Shown here: positions 28,563-38,309 of the stretch, one piece after another
Layout: the number at the start of each line of letters is the position of its first letter
Position numbering within the stretch: position 1 is the stretch's first letter
Source: Candidatus Microgenomates bacterium
GTDB taxonomy: Bacteria; Patescibacteriota; Microgenomatia; UBA8517; JACQJR01
Direction of reading: 5' to 3'
Length of the DNA stretch: 64,000 nt
Assembly: GCA_016204995.1 (NCBI GenBank)
Contig: JACQJR010000002.1
Location: 2,557 to 66,556 of the forward strand
Notes under the pieces: model-generated
Databases searched by the model: none
Told to the model about the DNA's origin: nothing
The model's input: the letters and a program-made list of their open reading frames with translations, nothing else
Position numbers and translations under genes: made by a program

Positions 28563-28583
28563 ACCGAGCTTGGCCTAGAAAGG

Positions 28584-29294
28584 CTAGAAGGAAAAAGGAT
28601 TAAGCCGACCACTTTCACCACTTGTTTCTACGACCGTTCCCACGCTAACTACTTGTCTAAACTGATTAATTTGGGTCAGGAGCTGATTTTCTTCACTTGT
28701 TAATTGAGGCAGAAGACTATCAATATTACCAAGTTTGGTTGGCAGATTCTGCCAATAAGTGTTAACTGTCACGCTCGCTGTGACAATACCGGAGGTTACG
28801 GACATCCTACCAGCACCAATTCTAACAACAGGTAAAGATCTGGCTGCATCGTTTAAAAAGTTAGCGACATTCACGACCGGACCCTCCACTTCTATTTTGA
28901 CGGCATTTTCTCCTTCGGTCGCCTCCACTTTTTTGGCGACACTCTGTTCTTCGGAATTCTCTTCAATTTGTACCCCTATCCGTTTAATGATGACGCCGGC
29001 ACTCGCTGCTGCTTCACGAATTCTAGCCATCACTAAAAGGGGGCTAGGTTTTTCCGGCAAGGCCAGCGAGGCAATGGTAGCAGAGTTACTTAATTTACTC
29101 TTGTTCATATTTTTCAGTTGGTCGCGTTTGTCCTCTAAGGCTTTAACCGATTGAGCGAGTTCTGCTACTTCCTTGTTGATCGCCAAAGTTTTTTGAATTA
29201 AGGGAATACTGGCTATAAATAAAAATATGACGATGGCGAGCATCGCGACCGGCATTAAAAATACCTTAAGGCTGATTAAATTATTTAGTCTCAT
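28584..29294 (-). CDS. pilO: Type IV pilus assembly protein PilO-like
   Basis: Single N-terminal TM followed by coiled-coil; sits downstream of pilM-pilN in the same operon. Confidence 0.45.
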   Translation of the reverse strand: MRLNNLISLKVFLMPVAMLAIVIFLFIASIPLIQKTLAINKEVAELAQSVKALEDKRDQLKNMNKSKLSNSATIASLALPEKPSPLLVMARIREAAASAGVIIKRIGVQIEENSEEQSVAKKVEATEGENAVKIEVEGPVVNVANFLNDAARSLPVVRIGAGRMSVTSGIVTASVTVNTYWQNLPTKLGNIDSLLPQLTSEENQLLTQINQFRQVVSVGTVVETSGESGRLNPFSF

Positions 29295-29817
29295 TTTGTA
29301 GGGTCAAAGTAACCTGACTGTTGTAAATTCCTTCCTTGGCCCGGGTGATGCTATCCAGGGAGACCGCATTTATTTCTTTGTCAGCTGATAAATTGTCTAT
29401 AAATTTACCTAAAGTCGCCGTATTAGGAGCAGCAATAGTCAAGCGAATTTTGTCACTGGCGGTAGTTAAATCTACCAATTCCACCCCAGAAACGGCAACT
29501 AGATTATTCGTCAAAACCAAGCCTTGGGTAAAAGTAAGGCCTTTTTGAGCCAGCCTGCGTAATAAATTAGCCACCCTGTCCTTCAGCAGCACATGGGCCG
29601 ATTCCTGCTCTTTTAGTTTGGCCACTTCGGAACTTGTGATTTCATAAGCCGCTTTTAATTTATTCTGCTTTTGAATGACGAAGAAAAAATATCCCCCCGC
29701 GACTAGGGCGCCGGCTAGATAAATTGCCAAAAAAACTGTGGCTACTTTCTGTAGCTGCTTTGCCTGGAGCACTTCCCGGCCGTTGCCAAAAGTTTGCGGG
29801 AGCAGGGTGATGGCCAT
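29281..29817 (-). CDS. pilN: Type IV pilus assembly protein PilN-like
   Basis: TM plus coiled-coil bitopic protein immediately after pilM; 14-nt overlap. Confidence 0.45.
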   Translation of the reverse strand: MAITLLPQTFGNGREVLQAKQLQKVATVFLAIYLAGALVAGGYFFFVIQKQNKLKAAYEITSSEVAKLKEQESAHVLLKDRVANLLRRLAQKGLTFTQGLVLTNNLVAVSGVELVDLTTASDKIRLTIAAPNTATLGKFIDNLSADKEINAVSLDSITRAKEGIYNSQVTLTLQNETK

Positions 29818-29823
29818 AATAAA

Positions 29824-30822
29824 TTAATCTCTCAAAGCCAGTCCTACAGAAATGGCATATAAAGGTGCAAAAGGAGCCAGAGCCTGACCTGTTTTAACAT
29901 CCAATATAACTTGCGCAAAGGGGTTGCCAATACTAACCTCTACTCCCAAACCTTCGGCAATGGCAGGAACGATATCAGGAAGACCGGAGGTACCGCCGCT
30001 TAAAACCACCATATCAATGGGCAGTTGAGAATGGTCCTGCTGCCAAAAAGCCCGGGCTTTGGCGAGCTCATCCACCATTTGAGCTACCAGTGGCGAAAGC
30101 ACTTGTTTTACTTTACCTTCTAAAGAAGCCGTCAAACCGTAGGTTCTTTTGTATTCTTCGGCTTGGGTAGCTTCAATACCAATACCCTGGGCCACGGCTC
30201 GTGTCAAAGCCTCACCCGCCAGAGGCGCCGACCGCGTAAACATTAATTGGCGATTAGAGGCTACAGCAATATCGGCGCTGCTGGCCCCAAAATCAATAAT
30301 CAGAGCAGTTTTACCGGTCGGAGCCAAGGCGCGCGTTAAAGCCAACAGCTCTGTTTCCACTGCCACCGGTGTCAATCCCGCCGCCGTAATCACTTTCAGA
30401 TATTTATTAACTGCCGTTTTGGGAGAAGCCACCAGCAAAACTTCTACTCCTTTCTCGCTGCGACTGACAATTTCATAATCAAGCTCTGCCTCTTTTTTAG
30501 GAATGGGAATGTAACCTTCGGCCTGCCACTGAATAGCTGATGAGATCTCTTCGTTAGACAAAGGAGGAAAAGAAACCAAGCGGGTATAAACTAAAGATTC
30601 TGACAGAGCAAAAACCACGTTTTTGGTAGTAACTTTGGCATCGGCGATTAATTTTTTAATAGTTTCCGAAATTTTGAGCAGGTCTTGTTCTGATTCAGAG
30701 GCCAATCCGCGAGGTGGTGCTTGCACTACGCCAGCCGCTACCAGTTTAATATTTTTACCCTCACGGGCCAGTTGGACCAGTTTAATGGAATGAGAACCGA
30801 TGTCCAAACCGAAATGACTCAT
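29824..30822 (-). CDS. pilM: Type IV pilus assembly protein PilM (actin-like ATPase fold)
   Basis: MSHFGLDIGSHSIKLVQL ... actin/FtsA-like phosphate loops; overlaps the upstream gene by 4 nt. Confidence 0.75.
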   Translation of the reverse strand: MSHFGLDIGSHSIKLVQLAREGKNIKLVAAGVVQAPPRGLASESEQDLLKISETIKKLIADAKVTTKNVVFALSESLVYTRLVSFPPLSNEEISSAIQWQAEGYIPIPKKEAELDYEIVSRSEKGVEVLLVASPKTAVNKYLKVITAAGLTPVAVETELLALTRALAPTGKTALIIDFGASSADIAVASNRQLMFTRSAPLAGEALTRAVAQGIGIEATQAEEYKRTYGLTASLEGKVKQVLSPLVAQMVDELAKARAFWQQDHSQLPIDMVVLSGGTSGLPDIVPAIAEGLGVEVSIGNPFAQVILDVKTGQALAPFAPLYAISVGLALRD

Positions 30823-31715
30823 TTGGTTAACCCCCCTCCATAATTAAAAGCGGCAAAATCAAACACTGGCGGCAAATCGGCATAAGATTCAAAGACTTGG
30901 ATTTTGCGGGTTGCGTCGCCTGATTTACCCTCCGAAGTGATCGTTTGACCTTGCATGGGGAAATTAACACCGGCGTTCACGCCGACTGGATGAGCTAAAA
31001 TAATGTTATAAATTAATCTGACTCTGGCTGCCTGTGGTCCGGCGATTTGATTCCCATTGGCACGGCTGGTAACATTCAGACTGCTAAAACTAATATTAGC
31101 CCCAAAAGCATAATCCTGCTGGTCAATGGTACAACCACTGATATCAGGGGCGGTAAAATTATTGCTGGCTCTTCGGCTGGAATTAGAATCATAGGCTGCC
31201 CGGGCTACTTTATAATCAGAACCCTCTTTGTAAAGAATAGTAACCTCGGCGGCCGGGGTCAGACCACCATTAGGGTCAGTCCCAGCAGTACCCCAGCAAA
31301 CCTTCAAGGTATCACCAGTAAAACACTTCCCATCGCTACAACTTAAATTACCGCTATCATCATGCGAAACCAGCCAGACGTTAAGAGCATCGCCGGAAGC
31401 GAATTTACCAAGCGGGGTAAAATTGGGCGTGCCGCCAGTACCTTCCACGCTCACGGTCACCGTAGTTGCGCTACCTAAATCCAGATCGCCCGGTTGACCA
31501 ATTAGGGCGCGTTCTATACCAGCTTCCGCCGCCGAAAAAGCCCGGGCCGATTCTTTTTCGCGGGTGGTAACGGCTACGTCCGTGATAGAACGAGAAATTA
31601 GGGAAAGAGCCACAGTAGAAGCCACCGCCAAAACGAGAAGAATAATAACTAAAGCCTGCCCAGTTTGGGCAATTAGGCTATTAGGTAATTGGGTTGTTGG
31701 GCGGACAGATGACAT
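30819..31715 (-). CDS. PilX-like pilus-associated membrane protein (putative minor pilin/adhesin)
   Basis: N-terminus GQALVIILLVLAVASTVALSL resembles the PilX N-terminal domain; Gly/Thr/Ser-rich extracellular portion. Confidence 0.35.
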   Translation of the reverse strand: MSSVRPTTQLPNSLIAQTGQALVIILLVLAVASTVALSLISRSITDVAVTTREKESARAFSAAEAGIERALIGQPGDLDLGSATTVTVSVEGTGGTPNFTPLGKFASGDALNVWLVSHDDSGNLSCSDGKCFTGDTLKVCWGTAGTDPNGGLTPAAEVTILYKEGSDYKVARAAYDSNSSRRASNNFTAPDISGCTIDQQDYAFGANISFSSLNVTSRANGNQIAGPQAARVRLIYNIILAHPVGVNAGVNFPMQGQTITSEGKSGDATRKIQVFESYADLPPVFDFAAFNYGGGLTK

Positions 31716-31755
31716 TAATTTACTTTAACAAGCCAGCCGCCCACTGTCAACAAGC

Positions 31756-32289
31756 TTAGCTTAGCTTAACTTTTTGTCCTCTTTTTAATTTAAATTCTTT
31801 AAAAAGTAGAGAAACTACGCCCTCATCCAGACAATCTTCTTTTTTAAAACCCAGCTTTTCCGCTATCTCGTAAACTTTTTCTTCACTCTCTGCTTCTATT
31901 TCTACTAAAGGTTTAAGGCGGGGAAACCAGTCAATGTTTATCAAAACTCCATCTAAATACCAATCCTGACGGTGATGCCCATATTCTACCCGTAAATCGG
32001 GGACTGGCAGAATTTGATCCATCATGGCAATTGTATATTCATAATTTTTAACATCTGTTTCCCATTCATGGTATCCCAATCCATCAGCAAAATTACTTTT
32101 CAGATTAAGTTGTATAGAACCATTAGAAGCTTTACGGACTCTTAAGCTCTTTCTTCCCTCGCCCGGTACCCACCAGACCACTTGATCTAAATCCAACTCT
32201 CTTTCCAATTTCGCCCCCAGTTTTTTCAATTTGGCCTGAATGACTTTGGGATTAATATTTAAAATCTTGGCTTCTATTTCTCTATGCAT
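31756..32289 (-). CDS. CYTH-domain protein (triphosphate tunnel metalloenzyme)
   Basis: N-terminal EIEAKIL (ExExK) motif and 177-aa size. Confidence 0.55.
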   Translation of the reverse strand: MHREIEAKILNINPKVIQAKLKKLGAKLERELDLDQVVWWVPGEGRKSLRVRKASNGSIQLNLKSNFADGLGYHEWETDVKNYEYTIAMMDQILPVPDLRVEYGHHRQDWYLDGVLINIDWFPRLKPLVEIEAESEEKVYEIAEKLGFKKEDCLDEGVVSLLFKEFKLKRGQKVKLS

Positions 32290-32463
32290 ATTAGTAAATA
32301 GTAATTAGAGGTTAGAGCTTTGTAAAAATGCTACAATTAATTTATCCTACAGTCAATGGTAATTAATTCATTTGAAGTATAGCGTGACCAAAAGAATTTA
32401 ATTTTAGTATAAACTCAAAACACTTCGGGAGTGAGATAGCTTTACACATTAGTAATATACAGT

Positions 32464-33885
32464 TTATTTACCAATGGCTGCCTGCCGGAGGTTAAAAATT
32501 TCCTTTAGATCGCCATCTACAATCAATTTTCCCTCTACTGGTCTCGGCATATATAATTTAACTTCACCTTCTTTGGTTCCGCCAGGCGGAACAGTAATAT
32601 TTAAGTACTCATAACGATAAGCGCTGGCTGTAGAAGTCTCATAAAAAATACCGTCTGTAGCAAAAATCCCTGGGAAGAGTAAATTAAAGGTTTGGTTATC
32701 GCCAATATTATCGTTTTTAAATCTTAGTTTTAAAGTAATATCTATTTTTCCATCATTAGAAGGTCGTAATTTTTGCTGAACTTCTAAAAAGTCAATGCGG
32801 CCCTTGTTAGGTGTAGAAAAGGAAGTACCAACTAGTTCTTTAAAGGAAGAATCAGGTAAATCGGTAGGAAATTTAAAACTATTAATATCAACTAAACCTT
32901 TTTTAAAATCAATTTCAGTGAAATTGGGAACTTGTAATATAGTTGGAGTGGTTTTTCCCGATATCCTACAATTAGTTTGCCCAAAACTGGCTTCATTAAC
33001 TCCTCCGTAAGCACCATAATGCCATGTGCCTATCAGGCGAAATTTCGGAGGAATGCTTACTTGACCAATATCAGACCCAAAACTGCCACATGAGTATTGA
33101 AAACCCTCTTGAGTTAAAACTTGTACCGGGCCTATTGTGCTATTCGCTAAGGATAACGAGACTAAAGAAACTGTATCCTTGCCTGTATTTTCAAAACCAT
33201 ATAATAATGTAACCCATTTCCAACCTTCCTCTTGAGTCTTATCTTCTTGGACAGTAGTATAAGGACCGTATCTATTAAAAAGTCTCCCTTTGCTTGTTTC
33301 GATTCTAAAAGGAAGTGCTTTAAGCTGATTTGACTTTAGAATTTCTTTAGTTGGGGAAGGTTCTGTTAGGGAATTTTGAGAAGCGGCTTGGATACGTGGA
33401 GAAAGAGAAGCTGCATCAGCCATAGGCATAGTACCACTGGGATTAATGTAATATTTGCTATTATTTTCTCCCTTGGTTTTATCTAAAGCTACCATCATGC
33501 TGGAAAATTTCACCCTGGATCCATAAACCTCACCACTGCCGCATAAATCTTTAAAAGTAACACTGGCTTGTTCAGCCGCACCCATTAAAGCACCGTAGAT
33601 ACTCTCCCGCACGGTCACTGCCTCAACTTTGCACCCCTTTAATTGTTTAGCCATTTGTGTCACATATTCCTGGATTGACTGGTCACGGCGAAGGTCTGGT
33701 GCGACCAAAGTCATGGCTTTATTAGAATCGCCATTACTAAGAGCATTGACAAAATCCATAGCAATTTGTTCTTGCGGAGGACGGCCGGAACTGCAAGCCT
33801 CAAGTAAAGTTACAGAAGCTACCCCTAAGAGTGATAACCAATTCTTGCGTTCCATGCTCATTTTCGGTTTACCATTTCCCGACAT
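32464..33885 (-). CDS. Large lipoprotein of unknown function
   Basis: Signal peptide with lipobox LLEAC|SS; 473 aa, Gly/Thr-rich. Confidence 0.35.
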   Translation of the reverse strand: MSGNGKPKMSMERKNWLSLLGVASVTLLEACSSGRPPQEQIAMDFVNALSNGDSNKAMTLVAPDLRRDQSIQEYVTQMAKQLKGCKVEAVTVRESIYGALMGAAEQASVTFKDLCGSGEVYGSRVKFSSMMVALDKTKGENNSKYYINPSGTMPMADAASLSPRIQAASQNSLTEPSPTKEILKSNQLKALPFRIETSKGRLFNRYGPYTTVQEDKTQEEGWKWVTLLYGFENTGKDTVSLVSLSLANSTIGPVQVLTQEGFQYSCGSFGSDIGQVSIPPKFRLIGTWHYGAYGGVNEASFGQTNCRISGKTTPTILQVPNFTEIDFKKGLVDINSFKFPTDLPDSSFKELVGTSFSTPNKGRIDFLEVQQKLRPSNDGKIDITLKLRFKNDNIGDNQTFNLLFPGIFATDGIFYETSTASAYRYEYLNITVPPGGTKEGEVKLYMPRPVEGKLIVDGDLKEIFNLRQAAIGK

Positions 33886-33921
33886 TATAAGTCAAGAGGG
33901 GAATAAGCTATAATAATAGCC

Positions 33922-34726
33922 ATGGCACAAATTTTGGCCGTAAAACTAGGCGGCAGTATCATTACTTCTAAAAAAGAAGGTGAGCCGGAAATTAAGAGGG
34001 AAGTAATTTTAAGACTGGCCCAAGAAATAAAAGCCGCCAGAACTAAAAAATTTTTTGATTTAATTTTAGTCCATGGCGTCGGCTCTTTTGGACATGGCCT
34101 AGCTAAAAAATATAAATTATGGGAAGGGCTTAAAAATAAATCGCAAATTATCCCTTTCGCCCAAACCCAAGCTCAAACTATTACCCTAAACCATCATGTT
34201 TTGGAAATTTTTCATTCTGTAGGACTGCCGGTGATGGGAGTTAATCCAACTACTATCATTTTGCAAAAGGATAAAAATTTATTAACTTTTGAAACGCGAG
34301 TTATTAAGCATCTATTAGATAACCACTTTATTCCAGTTTTATATGGGACGATCGTCCAAGATAAAAATTTAACTTTTTCCATTTGTTCCGGCGATACCAT
34401 ATTAATGTATTTGGCTAAAAAATTTAATGCCCAAAAAGCTATTTTTTGCCAGTGACGTGGACGGAGTTTTTACCCAAGATCCCAATTTAAATAGCAATGC
34501 TCAACTTATTCCTGAAATTAACAAGAAAAATTTCCTACAAGTGATTAAAGGCACTAGCGGGTCGGCGAGCGTAATTGATATTGGTGGGGGAATGAAGGGA
34601 AAATTAGAAGAAATTCACACTCTTTCACCCGGCATAGAAACTTGGATTATTAATGGTAACAAAAGAGGAATTCTTAAAAATTTACTGGTGAGTCAGACTA
34701 AGCAGGGGACTAAAATTATTCTCTAG
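33922..34726 (+). pseudogene. Isopentenyl phosphate kinase (amino-acid kinase family) interrupted by a +1 frameshift in a T6 run
   Basis: ORF 33922-34455 (VKLGGSII ... HGVGSFGH ... SGDTILMYLAKKF) and ORF 34427-34726 (FASDVDGVFTQDP ... GGMKGK) are the N- and C-terminal halves of one IPK. Removing one T at 34442-34447 restores ...KAIFASDVDG. Confidence 0.55.
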
Positions 34727-35216
34727 GTTCTAGGGGAACTGGTGCTGTTTCTCTGATTATTCCATGTTTACCTGCTTGCAGGTCTTCTATCATCTCTACC
34801 ACTCCTTGACGCACCCATAAATCTATCAGCTCGGCCGGCGACATCCATAATGGCTTGGTCACTTCCGAATCAGGCGGCACATTATCTTCCTGCAATAATT
34901 CCACATCCATTCTGTAAAAGGTAAGACCGGCCACTCCTATACCATACATGCCCACCCTTTCAATCTTCCTAATTTGAATAATACCATTACCTAACTCTTC
35001 TTCTGCTAATCTAAAAAGGGTGTCAAAATGCGTTTCTTCCACCTTCATTGTTTCCATGGGGATGCTTCTCATTCCGGCCATTTTGCCATATTCTGGGCGA
35101 TTGGTGGTTCCCTCAATGGTATATAAAAGACCACTAGGAAGAATAATGGCAGCTGCTACAGCTTGAAGCTTCCTTTTTTCCGGCGAGATAGATAACTCTA
35201 TAGATCTTTCTACCAT
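34716..35216 (-). CDS. Hypothetical protein (weak Nudix-like RLAEEELG motif)
   Basis: 166-aa ORF; only partial resemblance to a Nudix box. Confidence 0.25.
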   Translation of the reverse strand: MVERSIELSISPEKRKLQAVAAAIILPSGLLYTIEGTTNRPEYGKMAGMRSIPMETMKVEETHFDTLFRLAEEELGNGIIQIRKIERVGMYGIGVAGLTFYRMDVELLQEDNVPPDSEVTKPLWMSPAELIDLWVRQGVVEMIEDLQAGKHGIIRETAPVPLEPRE

Positions 35217-35245
35217 ATAGGTATATTATATACACATCTGTATGT

Positions 35246-35791
35246 ATGTCAAAAAATAATTCTCGACAGATTATTCTGGCTTGTAATGAGCAAGGAAATT
35301 TTCAAGAATATATTCCCAAAGAAGTGGGACATGCCGGTAATGGCAAAAGACATCTGGCTATTACAGTTTTAATTTATAATGACAAGGGGGAAGTGCTTCT
35401 CCAGCAAAGAAAACATAAAGTTTTTGATAATATTTGGGATATCACCGGCGCCACGCATCCCCTACATAGAGAAGATAATACCGATGAGAATTTTACCGAA
35501 GCCACTTTAAGATGCATTAAGCGGGAATATAACATTGACCCTCTCCCGCTACAGAATTTAGGCTCATTTAATTATGATGCCCAATATGGGGATTTGTGCG
35601 AAAATGAACATTGCGCCATGATGCTAGGGGAATACAATGGCCCCCTAAAACTTAATAATGAGGTAGGATATTCTTACAAATGGATGGATAAAAATGAGTT
35701 TCTGGCCGATATTCGCAAAAATCCACAAAAATATTCTGCCTGGGCGAAAAAGGGAGTGGAGATTTTAAAGAAAAAAGGGTTTTTTATCTAA
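35246..35791 (+). CDS. Isopentenyl-diphosphate isomerase type 1-like Nudix protein (lacks the canonical catalytic Cys)
   Basis: HLAITVLIYNDKGEVLLQQRK, WDITGATHP (compare IDI WTNSVCGHP), RCIKREYNI, ENEHCAMM and YKWMD align with E. coli Idi blocks. Confidence 0.55.
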   Translation: MSKNNSRQIILACNEQGNFQEYIPKEVGHAGNGKRHLAITVLIYNDKGEVLLQQRKHKVFDNIWDITGATHPLHREDNTDENFTEATLRCIKREYNIDPLPLQNLGSFNYDAQYGDLCENEHCAMMLGEYNGPLKLNNEVGYSYKWMDKNEFLADIRKNPQKYSAWAKKGVEILKKKGFFI

Positions 35792-35835
35792 AATTGCCTC
35801 TTGCAAAAGCAGAATAATTATTACTATAGTAAATT

Positions 35836-36801
35836 ATGACCGAACGTAACTCGTCGCGAGATCCGACTTTCTTTGAGACCCGCCGAAGGCTCAATAAATT
35901 ACTTCTTGTTGCCCCTTTTATACTTCCTGAACTATTAATTGCTTGTGCTCCTGAAAGTAAAGTTGCTACCCAACCAAAAGAGCTACCTGCCAATATCCGA
36001 GCTATGTTGCCTGAAAGCATCGCCCGGGCTACAGAAGAAGCCATGCAACCTAAAAAGGAAGTAAAAGGAGCATCTGCTCAAGACATAAAAATTACTAAAC
36101 CTGTGTTCACCAATTGCAACGAAGAAAATGTATGGGGAGGATGGGTTGTGGAGTTAGGCAACAAAAATTATTTTCTTAAAAAGGGGCAATTTTCTATTGA
36201 AAAACAGACTCCGAGCGGTTCAGTAATCAGTAAAAAGGAGCTTTTGGATGTAAAATTGGCAGCCGGTTCAACTTATTTTATTCCGGCAATTACCAAAAGT
36301 GGTGCCATAACTCATAATGGTGAGGGTTCAAAATTAGGAAGAGTTAATTTAACTTTAGATGGATCCTTAGACTGGAGTCAAGTTGATGGATCTGATAAAG
36401 AATATAGCTTCATTACTAATTTTGGGGGGTTTGGCAAATTTAAGCCCCAGGAGTTTATGTATATGAATGGCTACAATATTGTTTATTATTATCCAGCAAC
36501 ATACTTTAAAGTAAATGTTAAAAATCAGGGAGAAAGGGGAATAAATAAACTTTCTATCTTCGGTATTCTGTTAAGTTCTAAAGGGGAATTATTGGACATT
36601 TTTGTTTCGCCAGGTCTAGTAAGAAGTGGTGGAAAAGGAGTTGGTATCCCTTATGGGAAAGAGGAAGCAGTAATGGCAGTCTCTCTAAGTGAAAGCGGTC
36701 AATGCGTTAATACTAAATATGGCGGCCCCACCGAACTTCTTTATTGGGTTTATTTTGAAACCCACACCGGCATGCCGGTGGTAAAACACGAAACTATATA
36801 A
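35836..36801 (+). CDS. Lipoprotein of unknown function
   Basis: Lipobox LLIACAP; 321 aa. Confidence 0.35.
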   Translation: MTERNSSRDPTFFETRRRLNKLLLVAPFILPELLIACAPESKVATQPKELPANIRAMLPESIARATEEAMQPKKEVKGASAQDIKITKPVFTNCNEENVWGGWVVELGNKNYFLKKGQFSIEKQTPSGSVISKKELLDVKLAAGSTYFIPAITKSGAITHNGEGSKLGRVNLTLDGSLDWSQVDGSDKEYSFITNFGGFGKFKPQEFMYMNGYNIVYYYPATYFKVNVKNQGERGINKLSIFGILLSSKGELLDIFVSPGLVRSGGKGVGIPYGKEEAVMAVSLSESGQCVNTKYGGPTELLYWVYFETHTGMPVVKHETI

Positions 36802-36803
36802 AT

Positions 36804-37319
36804 TTATTTATTCCTTAACTGGACTTGGGAGGAAACGTTAGCAGTGGCTTTTTCTCGGGCGTCGGTGGTGGTGCCGCTTTGAGTTAGCGTAAAAGAAATA
36901 TTAACTACATTAAGAGAAGAATTACAGCTAAATTGACAAGCTGACACATTAACTGCCGAAGTAGTTAGCCTGGCTCCGTTAGAAGCAATATAGGCATCAT
37001 CGGCTGGCGTCATCTGACAATTAAAACGGCCGGGTTGGCCATAAAAATCCAAATAATCAATCAAAGTGGCACTACAATTAGTAATAGAAGTGGCATTCCG
37101 AAAATGACGCTCCATTACCTCCAAAGCATAATCAGCTTCCTGTCGCACAGCTTGAGTTACCTCCACCTTACGTTTGTTAATAAAAATGGTGGAAATAGAT
37201 TGGGTGGCAAAAAGGGCAATTACCACAAACAGCGAAAGTCCCACCAAAAGTTCAATAAGAGTGAATCCCAATGTAGAATTGAGAATGTATAATTTATAAT
37301 TTCTGAATTTTTTATACAT
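36804..37319 (-). CDS. Type IV pilin-like protein (prepilin; leader MYKKFRNYKLYILNSTLG|FTLIELL)
   Basis: G|FTLIELLVG class III signal with E5 and a hydrophobic alpha1 helix. Confidence 0.55.
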   Translation of the reverse strand: MYKKFRNYKLYILNSTLGFTLIELLVGLSLFVVIALFATQSISTIFINKRKVEVTQAVRQEADYALEVMERHFRNATSITNCSATLIDYLDFYGQPGRFNCQMTPADDAYIASNGARLTTSAVNVSACQFSCNSSLNVVNISFTLTQSGTTTDAREKATANVSSQVQLRNK

Positions 37320-37343
37320 TATAAATTGTAAATTTTACATTAA

Positions 37344-37787
37344 TTAATATTTTGTAAATTTAGAACTTAATTTAGTTTCATGCGTCCCCTTACTATCCGC
37401 CCAGAACACCCGCACTTCGGCATCAATTTCACTGTCAGATACTGTTGTTAATTTAATCTCCCGCGCCAGCAAACTACTGGAGATACAGCTACCACCGGTG
37501 GCCGGCCAGGCCAGAGGAGTAGGGAAAGGCGGCGCCGAAAAACACCAGGTGCCGGTTTTCCCTGCAAAATTATCCCAATTAGCGTTTCTGGTCGCTCTCA
37601 AAAACTCCATCACCGCCGTCGCATCCCGATTGGCATTACTTTGAGTTTGAGAAAAAGAAACATTAGAAATAGAAGTTGTGGTTAAATTAATTAAAGCTAA
37701 AACTATAATAGCCGCCACCCCCAAAGCCGCAATCAGCTCTACCAAGGTGAAGCCTTTATTTAGCATTTGGCATTTAGCATTTGGCAT
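37344..37787 (-). CDS. Type IV pilin-like protein (leader MPNAKCQMLNKG|FTLVEL)
   Basis: Class III signal peptide; leader encoded by two tandem 14-mers. Confidence 0.55.
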   Translation of the reverse strand: MPNAKCQMLNKGFTLVELIAALGVAAIIVLALINLTTTSISNVSFSQTQSNANRDATAVMEFLRATRNANWDNFAGKTGTWCFSAPPFPTPLAWPATGGSCISSSLLAREIKLTTVSDSEIDAEVRVFWADSKGTHETKLSSKFTKY

Positions 37788-37792
37788 TTTTT

Positions 37793-38299
37793 TTACTCTA
37801 TCTTTCCCGCCTTGGTAACAATAATAGTGGCAGTTTTTTCAGTTGCAGTTTGAAGAAAAGTAAAAGTGGCATCTTCTGCCCCCAGCGCCAGCACTTTAAA
37901 TAAGATAGAAACCGGCCCGGCGTTTTTGGTAATACCAAAGGGAATGTTAACTGTTTTTTCAGTGGCATCATCTGTGGCGCAATCGGCAATTACATCATAG
38001 CTGGTACTTGTAAAATTTATCTTCCAACCCACTAAATCCCCAGTACAACCGCTTGGTTTTTCGCCACTTGCCGCTTTTTGTTGAGCCAGCTGCAAATCGC
38101 TTTTAATTAGCCTGACTGCTTCTGATAATTGCTGCCGACTGTTAAAATCCCGATAAGAGGCATAACCAATTAATGACACAGTCACGATAATAGAAATCAC
38201 TGCCAACAGCTCAATGAGGGTAAAACCAAATGTAGAATTGAGAATGTATAATTTAGAATCAGGAAATTTCCGAAAAATTGTAAATTGTAAATTTTGCAT
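37793..38299 (-). CDS. Type IV pilin-like protein (leader MQNLQFTIFRKFPDSKLYILNSTFG|FTLIELL)
   Basis: Class III signal peptide with E5. Confidence 0.55.
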   Translation of the reverse strand: MQNLQFTIFRKFPDSKLYILNSTFGFTLIELLAVISIIVTVSLIGYASYRDFNSRQQLSEAVRLIKSDLQLAQQKAASGEKPSGCTGDLVGWKINFTSTSYDVIADCATDDATEKTVNIPFGITKNAGPVSILFKVLALGAEDATFTFLQTATEKTATIIVTKAGKIE

Positions 38300-38309
38300 T
38301 ATACATTAC

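Noticed and set aside
37798-37989. 63-aa minus-strand ORF in the same region as pilin 37793-38299
   Set aside because: An alternate frame of the pilin gene; the pilin frame has the class III signal and a full-length product.
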